Below the pieces are notes generated by a model, which had not been told where the DNA came from, did no database searches, and saw only the letters and a program-made list of their open reading frames with translations. 64,000 nt of DNA from contig NC_058368.1 in assembly GCF_018350175.1 (NCBI RefSeq), forward strand, positions 148,988,001-149,052,000, in the 5' to 3' direction. The position numbers and the translations under genes are program-made. Shown here in pieces: positions 26,988-38,819 of this stretch; positions within the stretch are counted from its first letter, which is position 1, and the number at the start of each line of letters is the position of its first letter. The stretch comes from Felis catus (lineage: Eukaryota).

Positions 26988-29900
26988 TAGTGGCGTCTTT
27001 GTCTGGTTTGGGGATTAGGGTAATGTTGGCCTCATAGAATGAACTGAGAAGTTATCCTTCCATTTCCTTTCTTTGGAATAGTTTGAAAAGAATAGGCATT
27101 AATCCTTCCTGAAATATTTGGTAGAATTCTCCTGTGTAATCAGCTGGCCATGGAATTTGTTTCTTGAGAGATTTTGGATTACTGATTCAATTTCTTTGTT
27201 GGTTATTGATCTATTCCTGTTTTCTATTTTTTCCTTGTTTAGTTTTGGTAGTTTATATGTTATAGGTAGCTATATTTTATAGGAATTTGTCCATTATTCC
27301 AAGTTGTCTAATTTGTTGACATATAATTTTTGTAATATTCTCTTATAATTGTTTGTACTTCTGTGCTATTGGTTATTATTTCTCCTCTTTCATTCATGAT
27401 TTTATTTATTTGGGTCCTCTCCCATTTATTTTTGATAAATTTGGCTACAGGTTTATCAATTGTAATATGTTTTTTCAAAGGTCCAGCTCCTGGTTTCATT
27501 GATCTGTTCTACATTGGGAGCATAAATATTTATAATTGTTAGATCTTCTGGTTGGACAGTCCCCTTTATGATAACATAGTGCCCTTCTTCATCTCTTGTT
27601 ACCATCTTTGGTTTAAAATCAAGTTTTTCTGATAGAAGTATTGCTACTCCAGCTTTCTTTTGATATCTATTTTCATGATAAATGTTTCTCCATGTCCTCA
27701 TTGTCAAACTGCAAGTGTCTTTAGGTCTAAAATGAATCTCTTGTAGGCAGCATATAGATGGGTGTTACTTTTTTTTTTAATTCATTCAAAATATACTCTG
27801 TGTATTTTGATTAAAGCAGTTAGTCCATTTACATTCAGAATAACTATTGATAGGTATGTATTCACTGCCTGTGACTAGGCGGTTAATATTGATAGGTATG
27901 TATGCTTGCCTGCCTAGAGAAGTGCAGTGTACTTTGAGCATTTTATGACTTGTTTTGTCATTGTTTCTGGAGATTTTCTGTGTTCCTTTCTAGTCTTTGT
28001 CACTTTGGACTCTCTTTCTCACTCAAAGAGTCCCCCTTAATATTTCTTGCAAGGTTCATTTAGTGGTCACGAACTCCTTTAGTTTTTGTTTGCCTGGAAA
28101 CTCTTTATCTCCCCTTCTATTCTGAATGATAGCCTTGCTGGATAAAGTATTTTTGTCTAGAGATGTTTTCCCATTCAGCAAGTTGAATATATCATGCCAC
28201 TCCCTTCTGACATGCCAAGTTTCTGTGGAGAGATATGCAGCTACACTTATGGGTCTTCCTTTGTAAGTTAGGGACTTCTTTTGTCTTGCCACTTTAAGGA
28301 TTTTTTTCTTTAGCGCTATATTTTGCCATTTAATCTATAATATGTCTTGATGTTGGCCTGCTTTTGTTAATTTTGATGGGAGTTCTCTGTGCCTCCTGGA
28401 TTTGCATGTCTCTTTCCTTCCCCAGATTAGGGAAGTTTTCATGTATTATTTCCTCAAGTAAACCTTCTGCTCTCTTTTCTATCTTTTCTTCTTCTGGGAC
28501 TCCTATGATTCAAATACTATTATGTTAGATGGACTCATTGAGTTCCCAAAGTCTATTCTCATGATCTATAATTCCTTCTCTTTTTTTGTTCAGCTTCATT
28601 ATTTTCCATTATTCTATCTCCTATATCACTTATTCATTTCTCATCTTCTTCCATACTTGTGGTCATTACACCAATCTGTTTCTTAATCTCAGTTGTTGCA
28701 GTTTTCATTTCTGTTTTTTTTTTAATCTTTTATCTCTGTAGTAAGGGTCTCCCTCCCTGATGTCCTCCATGTTTTTGTCAAGTCCAGCAAATATCCTTAT
28801 TATTGTTACTTTAAATTCTCCATCAGACATATTATTTATATTGGTTTCAATTAGATCTCTGGCCATGCTCTATTCTTGTCCTTTCTTTCAGGATGAATTC
28901 CTCAATCTTGGCATTTTGTCTAAATCCCTTCTGTGTGTTAAGGAAACATGGTATGTTTCCTGCTCCTGAGAGTAATGGCTTTATAAAAAAAAAGGTCATG
29001 TAATGCCCAGGGCTTGATGCTTCAGTGGTGTATCTGATGTGTGCATTGTGCATTCTGCTGTCATGTGCACTTGGCTGTTCTATCCCTCAGGTGAGTCATC
29101 TGCAGAGGTTTTCCTTGGCTGCAGTGAGGAGTGTTTTTACCTTGGCCGGAGTTTTAACTAGGTGTGCTCTGGTCTGCTTGTTAAACGAGACCTTATACTA
29201 CTTCCAGTAGAACTGATACATCTTCCATAGAACCTTGCAGAACTGTATGGTGGGTAGAAGTGGTGAGTGCAAGGGTTTGTCCTTGTCTTATGGAGAAGGA
29301 GCCTGCTGCACTGGTACTTACGTACATATGCCTGAGAAAAGCAGTACAGGGCATAGTGCAGGGCGGTGGGACTTGGTCGAAACAGGTTGGCAGCCTGTGT
29401 CGGCACTGTGCTGTTTACTAAAGTTGGTTCATGCTGACATATGGGGGAGGGAAATGGCACCAGTCAGCTCCTTTTTTCCCCACAGAGAGGTCTCCATGCT
29501 TGCTGCTCTCAGGGAAGCACCCCCAGAAGAGCAAATAAATTCCCCTTGTGTGTCCTAGGTGTTTTTCAGCTTGCTGCTTGCACTGTGTCCAGTTTGCTTG
29601 CCTGCCTGGAGAAGTGCAGTGTACTTTGAGCTCTAGCCCAGCCAAGCTTGCTGACTTTCAAAACTTCAAACTTTAGGGATGTGCTGTGGTTAGGGCTTGC
29701 ACTTATCTCCTGGGGAAGCATCACTACTCTAGGACCAATGCAGTTTTGACTGAGAAGGGCAGTTACAACAGAGTGCAGGGGTGTGGGATTTGGAACAAAG
29801 AAGGCTAAACAGCCAGTTCCTAGATGAACAGCTCTCGGCAGGTGTCTCTATGCCTTCACTGAGGGACAGGGGAGGAAAACAGTGCTCACCAGCTCTTTTG

Positions 29901-30465
29901 TCCCCAGAAAGGCATCTCTGTGAATGCCACTTCTCACAGATACACTTTAAGAAGAGCCAAACGTCTCTTCCTGTGTGTCTTAGGCAACCCTCAGATCATA
30001 CCACCTGCGCCCTTGTAGTTTGCCTGCCTTCTTTCCAGGAGTAGGGCAGCAGCCTCAAGTCTGTTTCCCAGCCAATCCCACTGACGTCTAAAACTCCAGG
30101 CTTTGAGACCCACTAGTGCCAAAACTCACAAAAATCAGCCCCTCTCATTTTCCCAGCCAACGGCTTTTGGGAAGTGTTCTCTTTGTTTGTATCCCTGTAT
30201 GCTGTTCTTTCTTCCTTTCCTTCCTCCTTGACCAGGGCTCACTCCCCTCAACAGCACCCATGATCCTTTCTCCCCAAAACCACATCTCCATACTTCCTAC
30301 CTTCCTTGTTGGCCTCTTCTCTCTTTCTAGTTGTACAGCTTGTTCTATCAGTCCTCAGGATGATTTCTTGGGTGTTCAGAATGATTTGATGGTTATCAAG
30401 GGATGTGTTCAAGGGATGAGACAAGCCCAGGGGCCTCCTACCACGCTGCCATCTTCAAATTGTTA

Positions 30466-30582
30466 CTTTTTTAAGCAGCTTTGTTGAATTGTAATTCACA
30501 TATGATAAAATTTATTTATTTAATGTGTAAATGTCAGTGATATTAAATATATTCAGAGACATAGGTAACCATCACCACAGTC

Positions 30583-30586
<4 letters not shown>
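30466..30586 (-). mobile_element. Old LINE-1 3' terminus (L1MB/MC-like)
   Basis: ttttttaagcagctttgttgaattgtaattcacatatgataaaatt...aaccatcaccacagtcaa. Confidence 0.75.

Positions 30587-30617
<31 letters not shown>
30587..30617. repeat. (TA)n microsatellite
   Basis: Direct read. Confidence 0.95.
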
Positions 30618-30624
<7 letters not shown>

Positions 30625-30749
30625 TATACGTTAATTTATAAATTGTATATGTAAAATTCTTACCAGTTTCATTGAGAAATGGGTCAGCAGAGCTCTTCTT
30701 TGCTGAGGCCAATCTCTGAAAGTACTATTAAATACAATTAATATGGTTG

Positions 30750-31072
30750 TATCTGCAAAAGTGAAGCTAAATGAGATGAGCCAAACCCAAAGGCTACAAA
30801 TTGTATGATTACATGTATCCAAAATGTACTGAACAGGCAAAACAATGCAAACGAAGGCATTTTGGTAGTTGCCTGGGCCCAGCAGTGGAGGCAAAATGTA
30901 CTGAAAATGAGCATGAGGAACACTGAATAAGAGAAATGTTCTAAAACTGAACTGGTGATACCTGTGGTGATAGCACAACTATATATATTTACTGAAATTT
31001 AACAAACTTTAGACATAAAATTTGTGAACTTTACAGCACGTAAATTATCTCACTAAATCTGCTTTTTAAAAA
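30750..31072 (+). mobile_element. Old LINE-1 3'UTR (possibly the continuation of the 24205-24728 element)
   Basis: ggtagttgcctggg...gaaatgttctaaaactg...tgtggtgatagcacaactatat...aaattatctcactaaa. Confidence 0.75.
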
Positions 31073-31204
31073 ATGTCCCAATGAAATGACACAGCAATCA
31101 TTAGTATAATTAAAAAAAAACTTTCTGAATGAATATTTTCTGAATGAAGATCAAATAAAATATCAAAATTTCAGTTATATTTTATTTGAGAAAGGTAAAT
31201 ATGA

Positions 31205-31420
31205 GCCAGTATGGTATAAAAGTTATGTATATAAATTGTGTAGCCTGCTTGCCAGATTTCAAATATTAAATCTACCTCTTATTAGATGTGTGATATTTGA
31301 CAAATTTACTTGTGCTCAATTAACTCATCTGAAAATCAGGGATGATAATAAAACCTACCTCATAGAGCTATTATGAAACTTTTATGAGTAAATAGCTTTA
31401 AAGAAGTGAAAAAAGTGTCA
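31205..31420 (+). mobile_element. MIR
   Basis: tgtgtgatatttgacaaatttact...ctcatctgaaaatcagggatgataataaaacctacctcatagagctattatga matches MIR core. Confidence 0.8.
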
Positions 31421-32137
31421 ATAATGAATATGGACACTTTAATTACAAAAAAAACGAGGCAATAGAATGTAAGAAGTAACTTATGCATGATAATTGTGAA
31501 GTTTAACTGGGTAAAACATTGAAAAAGGATTTATAACATCAGGAAGAATGTAAGGAATTCACACACACCACTTTTATTTAAACACATACATTAATTTATT
31601 CAATAACATTTGCAGAATAATTATTATCTTGCTGAGGATATCAAATGAACAGACAGATACATTATCCACACTCAAGAAACTTGATCTTATTTAGGGAAGG
31701 GTTAAAAGATGAGAAAATGCATTAAGATATAAAACTAAAAGGAAAGAGGATGAAAATTACCATTATTTATAAGATGATGTCTTTCTCTTCCTGGAAAATC
31801 TATGAAATTCTACCAGTGGAGTTTAGAGAAAGGAAATTATAAATTATAATTATAAATAATTATAAAAAAATTTAATCAGTTATGGTAATAAACTACAAAG
31901 AAGGCATAAAAAAATGCTGTTCTATATTCCAATAAAATCCAGTTAGAAAAATTAATTTTAAGGATACATCCCATGCACAATAAGAATGGAATTTAACACA
32001 TCCAAGAAAAAAATGTTAAAAGAAAAATATAATATATCTTATTTATAAAGGAACAAAATAAAGATGAAAACTAAAATGTGGCATGACTTTGACAGATATT
32101 CAGTTTAAAAAAGATTATTTATGTAACTTTTATTCTT

Positions 32138-33765
32138 GCATCCATGTGCATCAGGGAAATTGGTCTAGTGTTCTTTTTAGTGGGGTCTTTGTCTGTTTTT
32201 GGAATCAAGGTAATGCTGGCTTCATAGAAAGCGTTTGGAAGTTTTCCTTCCATTTCTATTTTTTGGAACAACTTCAAGAGAATAGGTGTTAACTCTTCCT
32301 TACATGTTGGGTAGAATTCCCCTGGAAAGCCATCTGGCCCTAGACTCTTGTTTTTTGGGAGATTTTTATTACAAAGTCGATTTCTTTACTGGTTACAGGC
32401 CTGTTCAAATTTTTTATTTCTTCCTGTTTCAGTTTTGGTAGTGTATGTTTCTAGGAATTTGTCCATTTCTTCCAGATTGCCCATTTTATTGACATATAAT
32501 TGCTCATAATACTCTCTTATTAATGTTTTTATTTCTGCTGTGTTGGTTCTGACCTGTCCTCTTTCATTCTTGATTTTATTTATTTGAGCCCTTTCCTTTT
32601 TTCTTTTTGATCAAACTGGCTAGTAGTTTATCAATTTTGTTAATGCTTTCAAAGAACCAGCTTCTGGTTTCATTGATGTGTTCTGTTTTTTTGTCTTATT
32701 TTTGGTTTCAATAGCATTAATTATTGTTCTAATCTTTATTATTTCCTGTCTCCTGCTGGTTTTGGGTTTTATTTACTATTCTTTTCCCAGCTCTTTAAGG
32801 AGTAAGGTTAGGTGATGTTCCTGAGACCTTTCTTCCTTCTTTACGAGGGACTGGATTGCTATATACTTTCCTCTTATGACCACCTTTGCTGCGTCCCAGA
32901 GGCTTTGGGCTGTGGTGTTATCATTTTCATTGGATTTAGTGTACTTTTTAATTTCCTCTTTAACTTCTTGGTTAGCCCATTCATTCTTTAGTAGGATGTT
33001 CTTTAGTCTCCAACTATTTGTTATCTTTCTACATTTTTTCTTGTGGTTGATTTCGAGTTTTGTAGTACTGTGGTCTGAAAATATGCACGGTATGATCTCG
33101 ATATCTCTGTACTTGTTGAGGGCTGATTTGTGTCCCTGTATGTGGTCTCTTCTGGAGAATGTTCCATGTGCACTGCAGAAGAATGTATATTCCACTGCTT
33201 TAGGGTGAAATGTTCTGAATATATCTGTTAAGTCCATCTGGTCCAGTGTGTCATTCAAAGTCACCGTTTGCTCGTCGATTTTCTGATTAGATGATCTGCC
33301 CATTGCTATAAGTGGGGTGTTGAAGTCCCCTACTATTATATTATTATTATCAATGAGTTTATGTTTGTGATTGACTGATTTATATATTTGGGTGCTGTCA
33401 CATTTGGAGTATAAATGTTTACAATTGTTAGGTGGATTGATCTAAATGTTCTTGATGGATAGAGCCCTTAATTATGATATAATGCCCTTCTTCATCTCTT
33501 GTTAATGTATTTATTTTAAAGTCTAGATTGCCTGATATAAGTATGGCTACTCTGCTTTCTTTTGTCGGCCATTACCATGATAGATGGTTCTCCATCTCCT
33601 TACTTTCAATCTGAAGGTGTCTTTAGGTCTAAACTGGGTCTCTTGTAAACAGCATATAGATGGATCTTGTTTTCTTATCCATTCTGTTACCCTATGTCTT
33701 TTGATTGGAGCATTCAGTCCATTGACGTTTTGAGTGAGAACTGAAAGATATGAATTTATTGCCAT
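32138..33765 (-). pseudogene. L1 ORF2p N-terminal remnant (APE-like endonuclease domain; frameshifts and stops)
   Basis: NVNGLN, CCLQET, DLTDIFRTFHP, SAHGTFSR.DH, FSDH motifs across separate ORF fragments. Confidence 0.93.
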
Positions 33766-33833
33766 TATGTTGCTTGTATAGTTGGAGTTTCTGGTGGTGT
33801 TCTCTGGTCCTTTCTAGTCATTGTTGCTTTTGA

Positions 33834-33836
33834 TAT

Positions 33837-33870
<34 letters not shown>
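33834..33870. repeat. (ATTT)n microsatellite in L1 inter-ORF spacer
   Basis: Direct read. Confidence 0.95.
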
Positions 33871-33871
<1 letters not shown>

Positions 33872-34762
33872 GTCTTTTCTCCCCCCAGAGAATCCCTCTT
33901 AAAATTTCTTGCAGGGGTGGTTTAGTGGTCACAAACTCCTTTAATTTTTGTTTTTATGGGAAATTTTTAATCTCTTCTATTTTTAATGACAGCCTTGCTG
34001 GATAAAAAATTCTTGGCTGCATATTTTTCTGATTCAGCACATTGAATATAACCCGCCACTCCTTTCTGGCCTGCCGAGTTTCTGTGGATAGGTCTGCTAC
34101 AAACCTGATCTGTCTTCCCTTTTTGATTAACGACTGTTTTTTCTTGCTGCTTTCATGATTCTCTCCTTGCCTGAGTATTTTGTGAATTTGACTATGATAT
34201 GCCTTGTTGATGGTCAGTTTTTGTTGACTCTGATGGGAGTCCTCTGTGCTTCCTGGATTTTGATGTCTGTGTCTATCCCCAGGTTAGGAAAGTTTTCTAC
34301 TATGATTTGCTCACATAACCCTTCTACCCCTGTTTTTCTCTCTTCCTCTTCTGGGACCCCCTATGATTCTGATGTTGTTCCTTTTTAATGAGTTACTGAT
34401 TTCCTTAATTCTTAAATAATTCTCCTTTGCCTTAATCTCCCTCGTTTTTTCTGCTTCATTTTTCTCCATAACTTTGTCCTCTTTATAGCTGATTCTCTTC
34501 TCTGCCTCATCTTTCCTTGCCTCCATGGCATCCATTTAAGATTGCAGCTCAGTTATAGCATTTTTTATTTCATCCTGATTAGCTTTTATTTCTTTTATCT
34601 CCACAGAAAGGGATTCTAATATATTTTTGATTCCAGCTAGTATTCATATTATTGTGACTCTAAATTCTCATGCAGACATCTTGCTTGTATCTGTGTTCAT
34701 TAAATACCTGGTGTTGTTTCTTCCTGTTCTTTCTTTTGGGGTGAATTCCTTCATTTTGTCAT
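33869..34762 (-). pseudogene. L1 ORF1p remnant (disrupted)
   Basis: ATG at 34762 followed by premature TGA; fragment EAEKRIS..EDK...SNSLKRNNIRIIG typical of ORF1p coiled-coil/RRM junction. Confidence 0.88.
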
Positions 34763-35308
34763 TTTGAAGGGAGAAAAGTAATTAATGAGGTAAAAAATTA
34801 AAATTAAAAAATTAAAACACACACACACAAAATGAAATAAATGATGCTAGATGTTAGTTGTGTTTTTGTCTGGGTGTTGAAAGGGGCTTGATATTAGAGA
34901 AAAAAGGGGAAAGAAAAAAAGAAATCGTTTGAAAATTTGAAAAAATGAATACACTGAAATAGAATAAAATGGCACAATGGAAGTAAAATAGAATTTGAAA
35001 AAAATTACACAAAAGTAAAAAATACAGTAGAAAAAATAAATATATTTGTAATAGAAATTGAAAATATTTTTTTTCTTTCTGTATTCAAGAAAAAGAAAAG
35101 AAGTGAAAAACAGGAAAAAAAAGAAAAAGAAAATTGAATAGATGAACCAGTGAGCAGACTGAAATATGATTGAAGTTATTTTGTTTTCCCCTAGAAGTCA
35201 AGCTATGAAGCACTTTATACTCCATAAAATAAGCAGGCAGAGGGATTTATGTTCCTGAAGAGTGAGGTTGGCCCAGTTGGTTGGGGCTTAGTGTAACAGC
35301 CCTATTCT

Positions 35309-35322
35309 CCACTAGATGGCGC
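35309..35322 (+). promoter_or_regulatory. CTCF core motif match within L1 5'UTR
   Basis: CCACTAGATGGCGC fits consensus CCASYAGRKGGCRS; occupancy unknown. Confidence 0.55.
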
Positions 35323-37302
35323 TGCTTAGCTTACTGGGATGGATTGTTGTGGCACTTCTAGGTGTGTATGCGCACGCACAGCCATGACCAAGCCCCCGGC
35401 AGCACCTCCCTCCTGAGCTTTATCTCAGATGCCGCTGTGTTTCCTGACACCTTATTTCTGAGGGACTACATCTTTGACCTATTCTGCCGCTCTGCAGGAG
35501 GGTCTCAGCAAACAATGGCCAGTTGCCGGCGGCACCCAGGAATGCTTGTGGGTGGGATCGCGCTACTGCTGATGCCCAGAGACTGCGACTGGGTGCCAGC
35601 CCACCCCAGAGAAAGTTCACACGATGGTGTAATAGCAGCGTTTCAGGGAATATGAAAAATCACAGCAAACATCTGGCACCAGTCTTCAACCCCAACAACC
35701 TTGTTACAACACCAGGGAATGTGGTTGTTCTGGGCCCACTGCAGTCTTTTCCTGTGTGGGCGGGTTGGGGGGGGTGGGGCACACACAGCCTCTACCAGAT
35801 GTCCTCCCAGCAGGGGAACCGCCTCTCCCCATATGGCCCAAAGACACCCGGACTTCATTCTCCTCCTGGGGATTCACTCTTCTCACCAGAGCACCACCAG
35901 GTAGCTAGCTGTGGAGTTTCAGACTCTGTGTTCCCCCTGTTTATAGAGTCTTAATGGAATTTAAACCCTCTCCTTTCTCCCTTTTTAGTTCAGTCCCTGT
36001 GGCTGTTTTCACTTTTCCACTTTCTCTCCAGCTGCTTCTGGGGGGTGGTTTCCCATATGCTCCCCCCAACCCCTGTCTCTGTCCTCTCTCCACAAGCAAA
36101 AACAGCTCCTTGCCCTCAGCAGCTTCTCTCTCCTCCAGTTCACCTCTCCGTGCCATGTACCTGCTGAGTTCTGTGGTTCAGGTTGTGCAGATTGTTGTGT
36201 TAGTCCTCAAATCAGTTTTCTAGGTGTGCAGGATGGTTTAGTGTTGATCGCGCTGTATTTCATGGATGTGAGACACAAAAAAACTTTCATGCTGTTCCGC
36301 CATCTCGGCTCCTCCCCCTCTGCAACTTTTATTCTTAAAAAATGCTTGTTAAGTGACATGGACTTTGTGATATTGGCTTGATAGTGAAGGAAAAAATAAA
36401 CCTTAGTCACTATTGGATATTATTGCATGTTATAAATTAATTTGATATATTCATCTGTTAGAATCAACCTATAGACAAATTACAAAATATCAAATGTATC
36501 CATTTTGAGAAGAAATTGATTATTTAGAGACATGGGAGGAAAAAGTAAAGGAATGGTAATGACTTTAATTTACAGAGTGAGGACATAGTGACTGTCAAAA
36601 TTTAAGAGAATAATAAGAATTTGAGGTTAAAAAGGAACTTAATCACAGAACATAAAATAATAGCACTACAGTTTAGAAATATCAGATGTTGAGAGGGGAG
36701 TGGTGAAGGTATTCTGCCATCTCCAGTTGAAAGGCAGTCTCAAGGGCATGCGTGAAGTACAAGAGTCAGAAGAGAGTCTAAGCCATTTATTTAGTATTAG
36801 GGACAGAGAACCAAAACACTAAAATGATTTCATATGAATGCTCTGATAGCAGAGCTGTGTGGGGAGATTAGGTCAGGAACATTTGTATTTTATTAGAAGT
36901 TCTTTTGCTATATTAATATTTTACCATTTTCATGTAAAATTCTGTAATACCTTAAAAAATAACAGCTGATGGGTCCTTTACATTATGATCAAGCCCTAAA
37001 ATAATGAAATGAGAGAGAGAGACATGTGCTCCTCATCCATTTTCTTTCCTAGGATGTGGCCAAACCTAGTAAGTTTTTTTTTAAATTTCTTTGAAGATAT
37101 GCATCCTTAAGAGATAATCTCAGAAAAACTGTAACTGACCCTCACTTGTTATGAGTAGGAAGGCTCATTTAGAATTAGAATGCATTCATCATACCCACAA
37201 GCACAAACTGCAATTGAACAGAAGTGACTATCAACACCCATTCTGGAGAAGTTGGGGGTGTACTTAAGATTAAAATAAAGAGATGAAAAAAAGAATAAAA
37301 AA

Positions 37303-37520
37303 GGGGGTGCCTGGGTGGCTCAGTAGGTTGGGCGTCCGACTTCGGCCCAGGTCATGTCCTCACAGTTCATGGGTTTGAGCCTCACGTCAGGCTCTGCGCT
37401 GACAGCTTAGGGCGTGGAGCCTGATTCGGATTCTATGTCTCATTCTCTCTCGGCCCCTCCCCTACTTGTGCTCTGTCTCTCTCTGTCTCTCAGAAGTAAA
37501 TAAATGTAAATAAAAAATTA
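37303..37520 (+). mobile_element. Can-SINE (SINEC_Fc type)
   Basis: gggggtgcctgggtggctcagtaggttgggcgtccgacttcggc head, CT tract, A tail. Confidence 0.95.
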
Positions 37521-38324
37521 AAGAGTAAAATAAAGAGCCGAGATTGCGCCTGTGAGAAATATTGCAAATTATATAGTTAACCAAAACTGGGAAGGAATTT
37601 TTCAAATAAAAGACTTAACAAAGAGAATTGTTTGGAGAAAGGAAAAATGAGAATAAATTAAGCAAGGAGTGAGGCAGAGGACATAGGAAGGAAACTCAGG
37701 GCCATAAAAGCTGTATCAGAAGTGGACAAAATGTCTGCAGGAAACCTTTCCCAGTGAAGGTATAACTTTTGCAAGTTGCTCTTTCTGTAAGGAGCAATGA
37801 AAAGGCCAGTAATACTACTGCATTACCTTCTGTCCCTCCTATATCTAATTTATATCTTAAAAGAAAAAGAAACTTGACTTTTCAAAATTAATTTCTTCAA
37901 TAAAAAAATTAGCTTTCTATGCAAAATAATTAGATAAATGTAAAATTTTTAATAGAAACATAAAAGTAAGTTCTTGATAATCATGAAAACAATCACTGCA
38001 GCACAAACAAGATATTGGCAAATGTATCTCAATGAAAATAGGAAAATTTTAATGTAGGAAAAGTCACCATAAAAAAAAGATTAAAAACAAAGGGAAATTG
38101 AGAAAAATGCATTTGCAGTAAGCAAGAAGTAGTATCAAAATCTTTAATATATATGGTATGGATACAAATTTAAATGAGCAATATATAAATATATAAACAC
38201 CCAATAAATTATTGAGAATAGTACATCAATGATTTACTCTCAGAAGAAAACAAAGATAATGTAATAGGTAAATATTATTGAGGGATTATTCATCATAGCA
38301 ACTAACTTTACAGTATATTTTTAA

Positions 38325-38530
38325 AATGTTTAATTGTTTTTTAATGTATTAATTTTGAGAGAGGGAGTGGGGGGGGGGCAGAGAGAGAGAGGGAGAGAGA
38401 GAGAGAATCCCAAGCAGGCTATGTGCTGTCAGCACAGGGCCCAACAAAGGGCTGGATCCCACAAACCATTGAGATCTTGACCTGAGCTGAAATCAAGAGT
38501 CAGAAGCTTAATTGAGCCACCAGGTGCCCC
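38325..38530 (-). mobile_element. Can-SINE (older)
   Basis: Reverse-complement SINE; degenerate TSD acagtatatttttaa / acaatacatttttaa. Confidence 0.93.
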
Positions 38531-38598
38531 ACAATACATTTTTAAGTCAGAGATTAGGTACGTAGTGCTAATATGGGGACATGAAAATTCAATACAGA

Positions 38599-38819
38599 GA
38601 GGCGCCTGGGTGGCGCAGTCGGTTAAGCGTCCGACTTCAGCCAGGTCACGATCTCGCGGTCCGTGAGTTCGAGCCCTGCGTCGGGCTCTGGGCTGATGGC
38701 TCAGAGCCTGGAGCCTGTTTCCGATTCTGTGTCTCCCTCTCTCTCTGCCCCTCCCCCGTTCATGCTCTGTCTCTCTCTGTCCCAAAAATAAATAAAAAAC
38801 GTTGAAAAAAAATTAAAAA
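38599..38819 (+). mobile_element. Young Can-SINE (SINEC_Fc)
   Basis: CpG-rich near-consensus copy; perfect TSD aaaattcaatacaga (38584-38598, 38820-38834). Confidence 0.97.

Larger units (their letters stand above)
24753..30456 (-). mobile_element. Near-full-length carnivore LINE-1 (5'UTR with tandem monomers, ORF1 ~27990-28914, ORF2), inactivated; 3' end missing, internal deletion, two nested SINEs
   Basis: 5' AAGATGGC start near 30455; ORF1 fragment SLTYKGRPISVAAYLSTETW; ORF2 fragments QKKAGVAILLSEKLDFK...NIYAPN, YIENPKYSTKKLLELI, EIQIKT..MRCHLT. Confidence 0.96.
32138..36320 (-). mobile_element. Felid-type LINE-1 5' half (5'UTR, ORF1, ORF2 endonuclease to start of RT), no 3' end or poly(A), TSD-flanked
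   Basis: 5' end GAGGGGGAGGAGCCGAGATGGCGG; ORF2 start MAINSYLSVLTQNVNGLNAPIKRHRV at 33765; 16-bp TSD tg(t/c)aacttttattctt at 32122-32137 and 36321-36336. Confidence 0.97.

Noticed and set aside
28760..30487. Second overlapping ORF cluster
   Set aside because: L1 5'UTR monomers; no protein similarity evident
35362..36223. Cluster of overlapping ORFs in GC-richer DNA, resembling a gene or CpG-island promoter
   Set aside because: Lies in the L1 5'UTR; higher GC reduces stop frequency
38429..38805. ORFs nearly identical to the peptide at 26495-26695
   Set aside because: Translations of young Can-SINE copies, not a gene family
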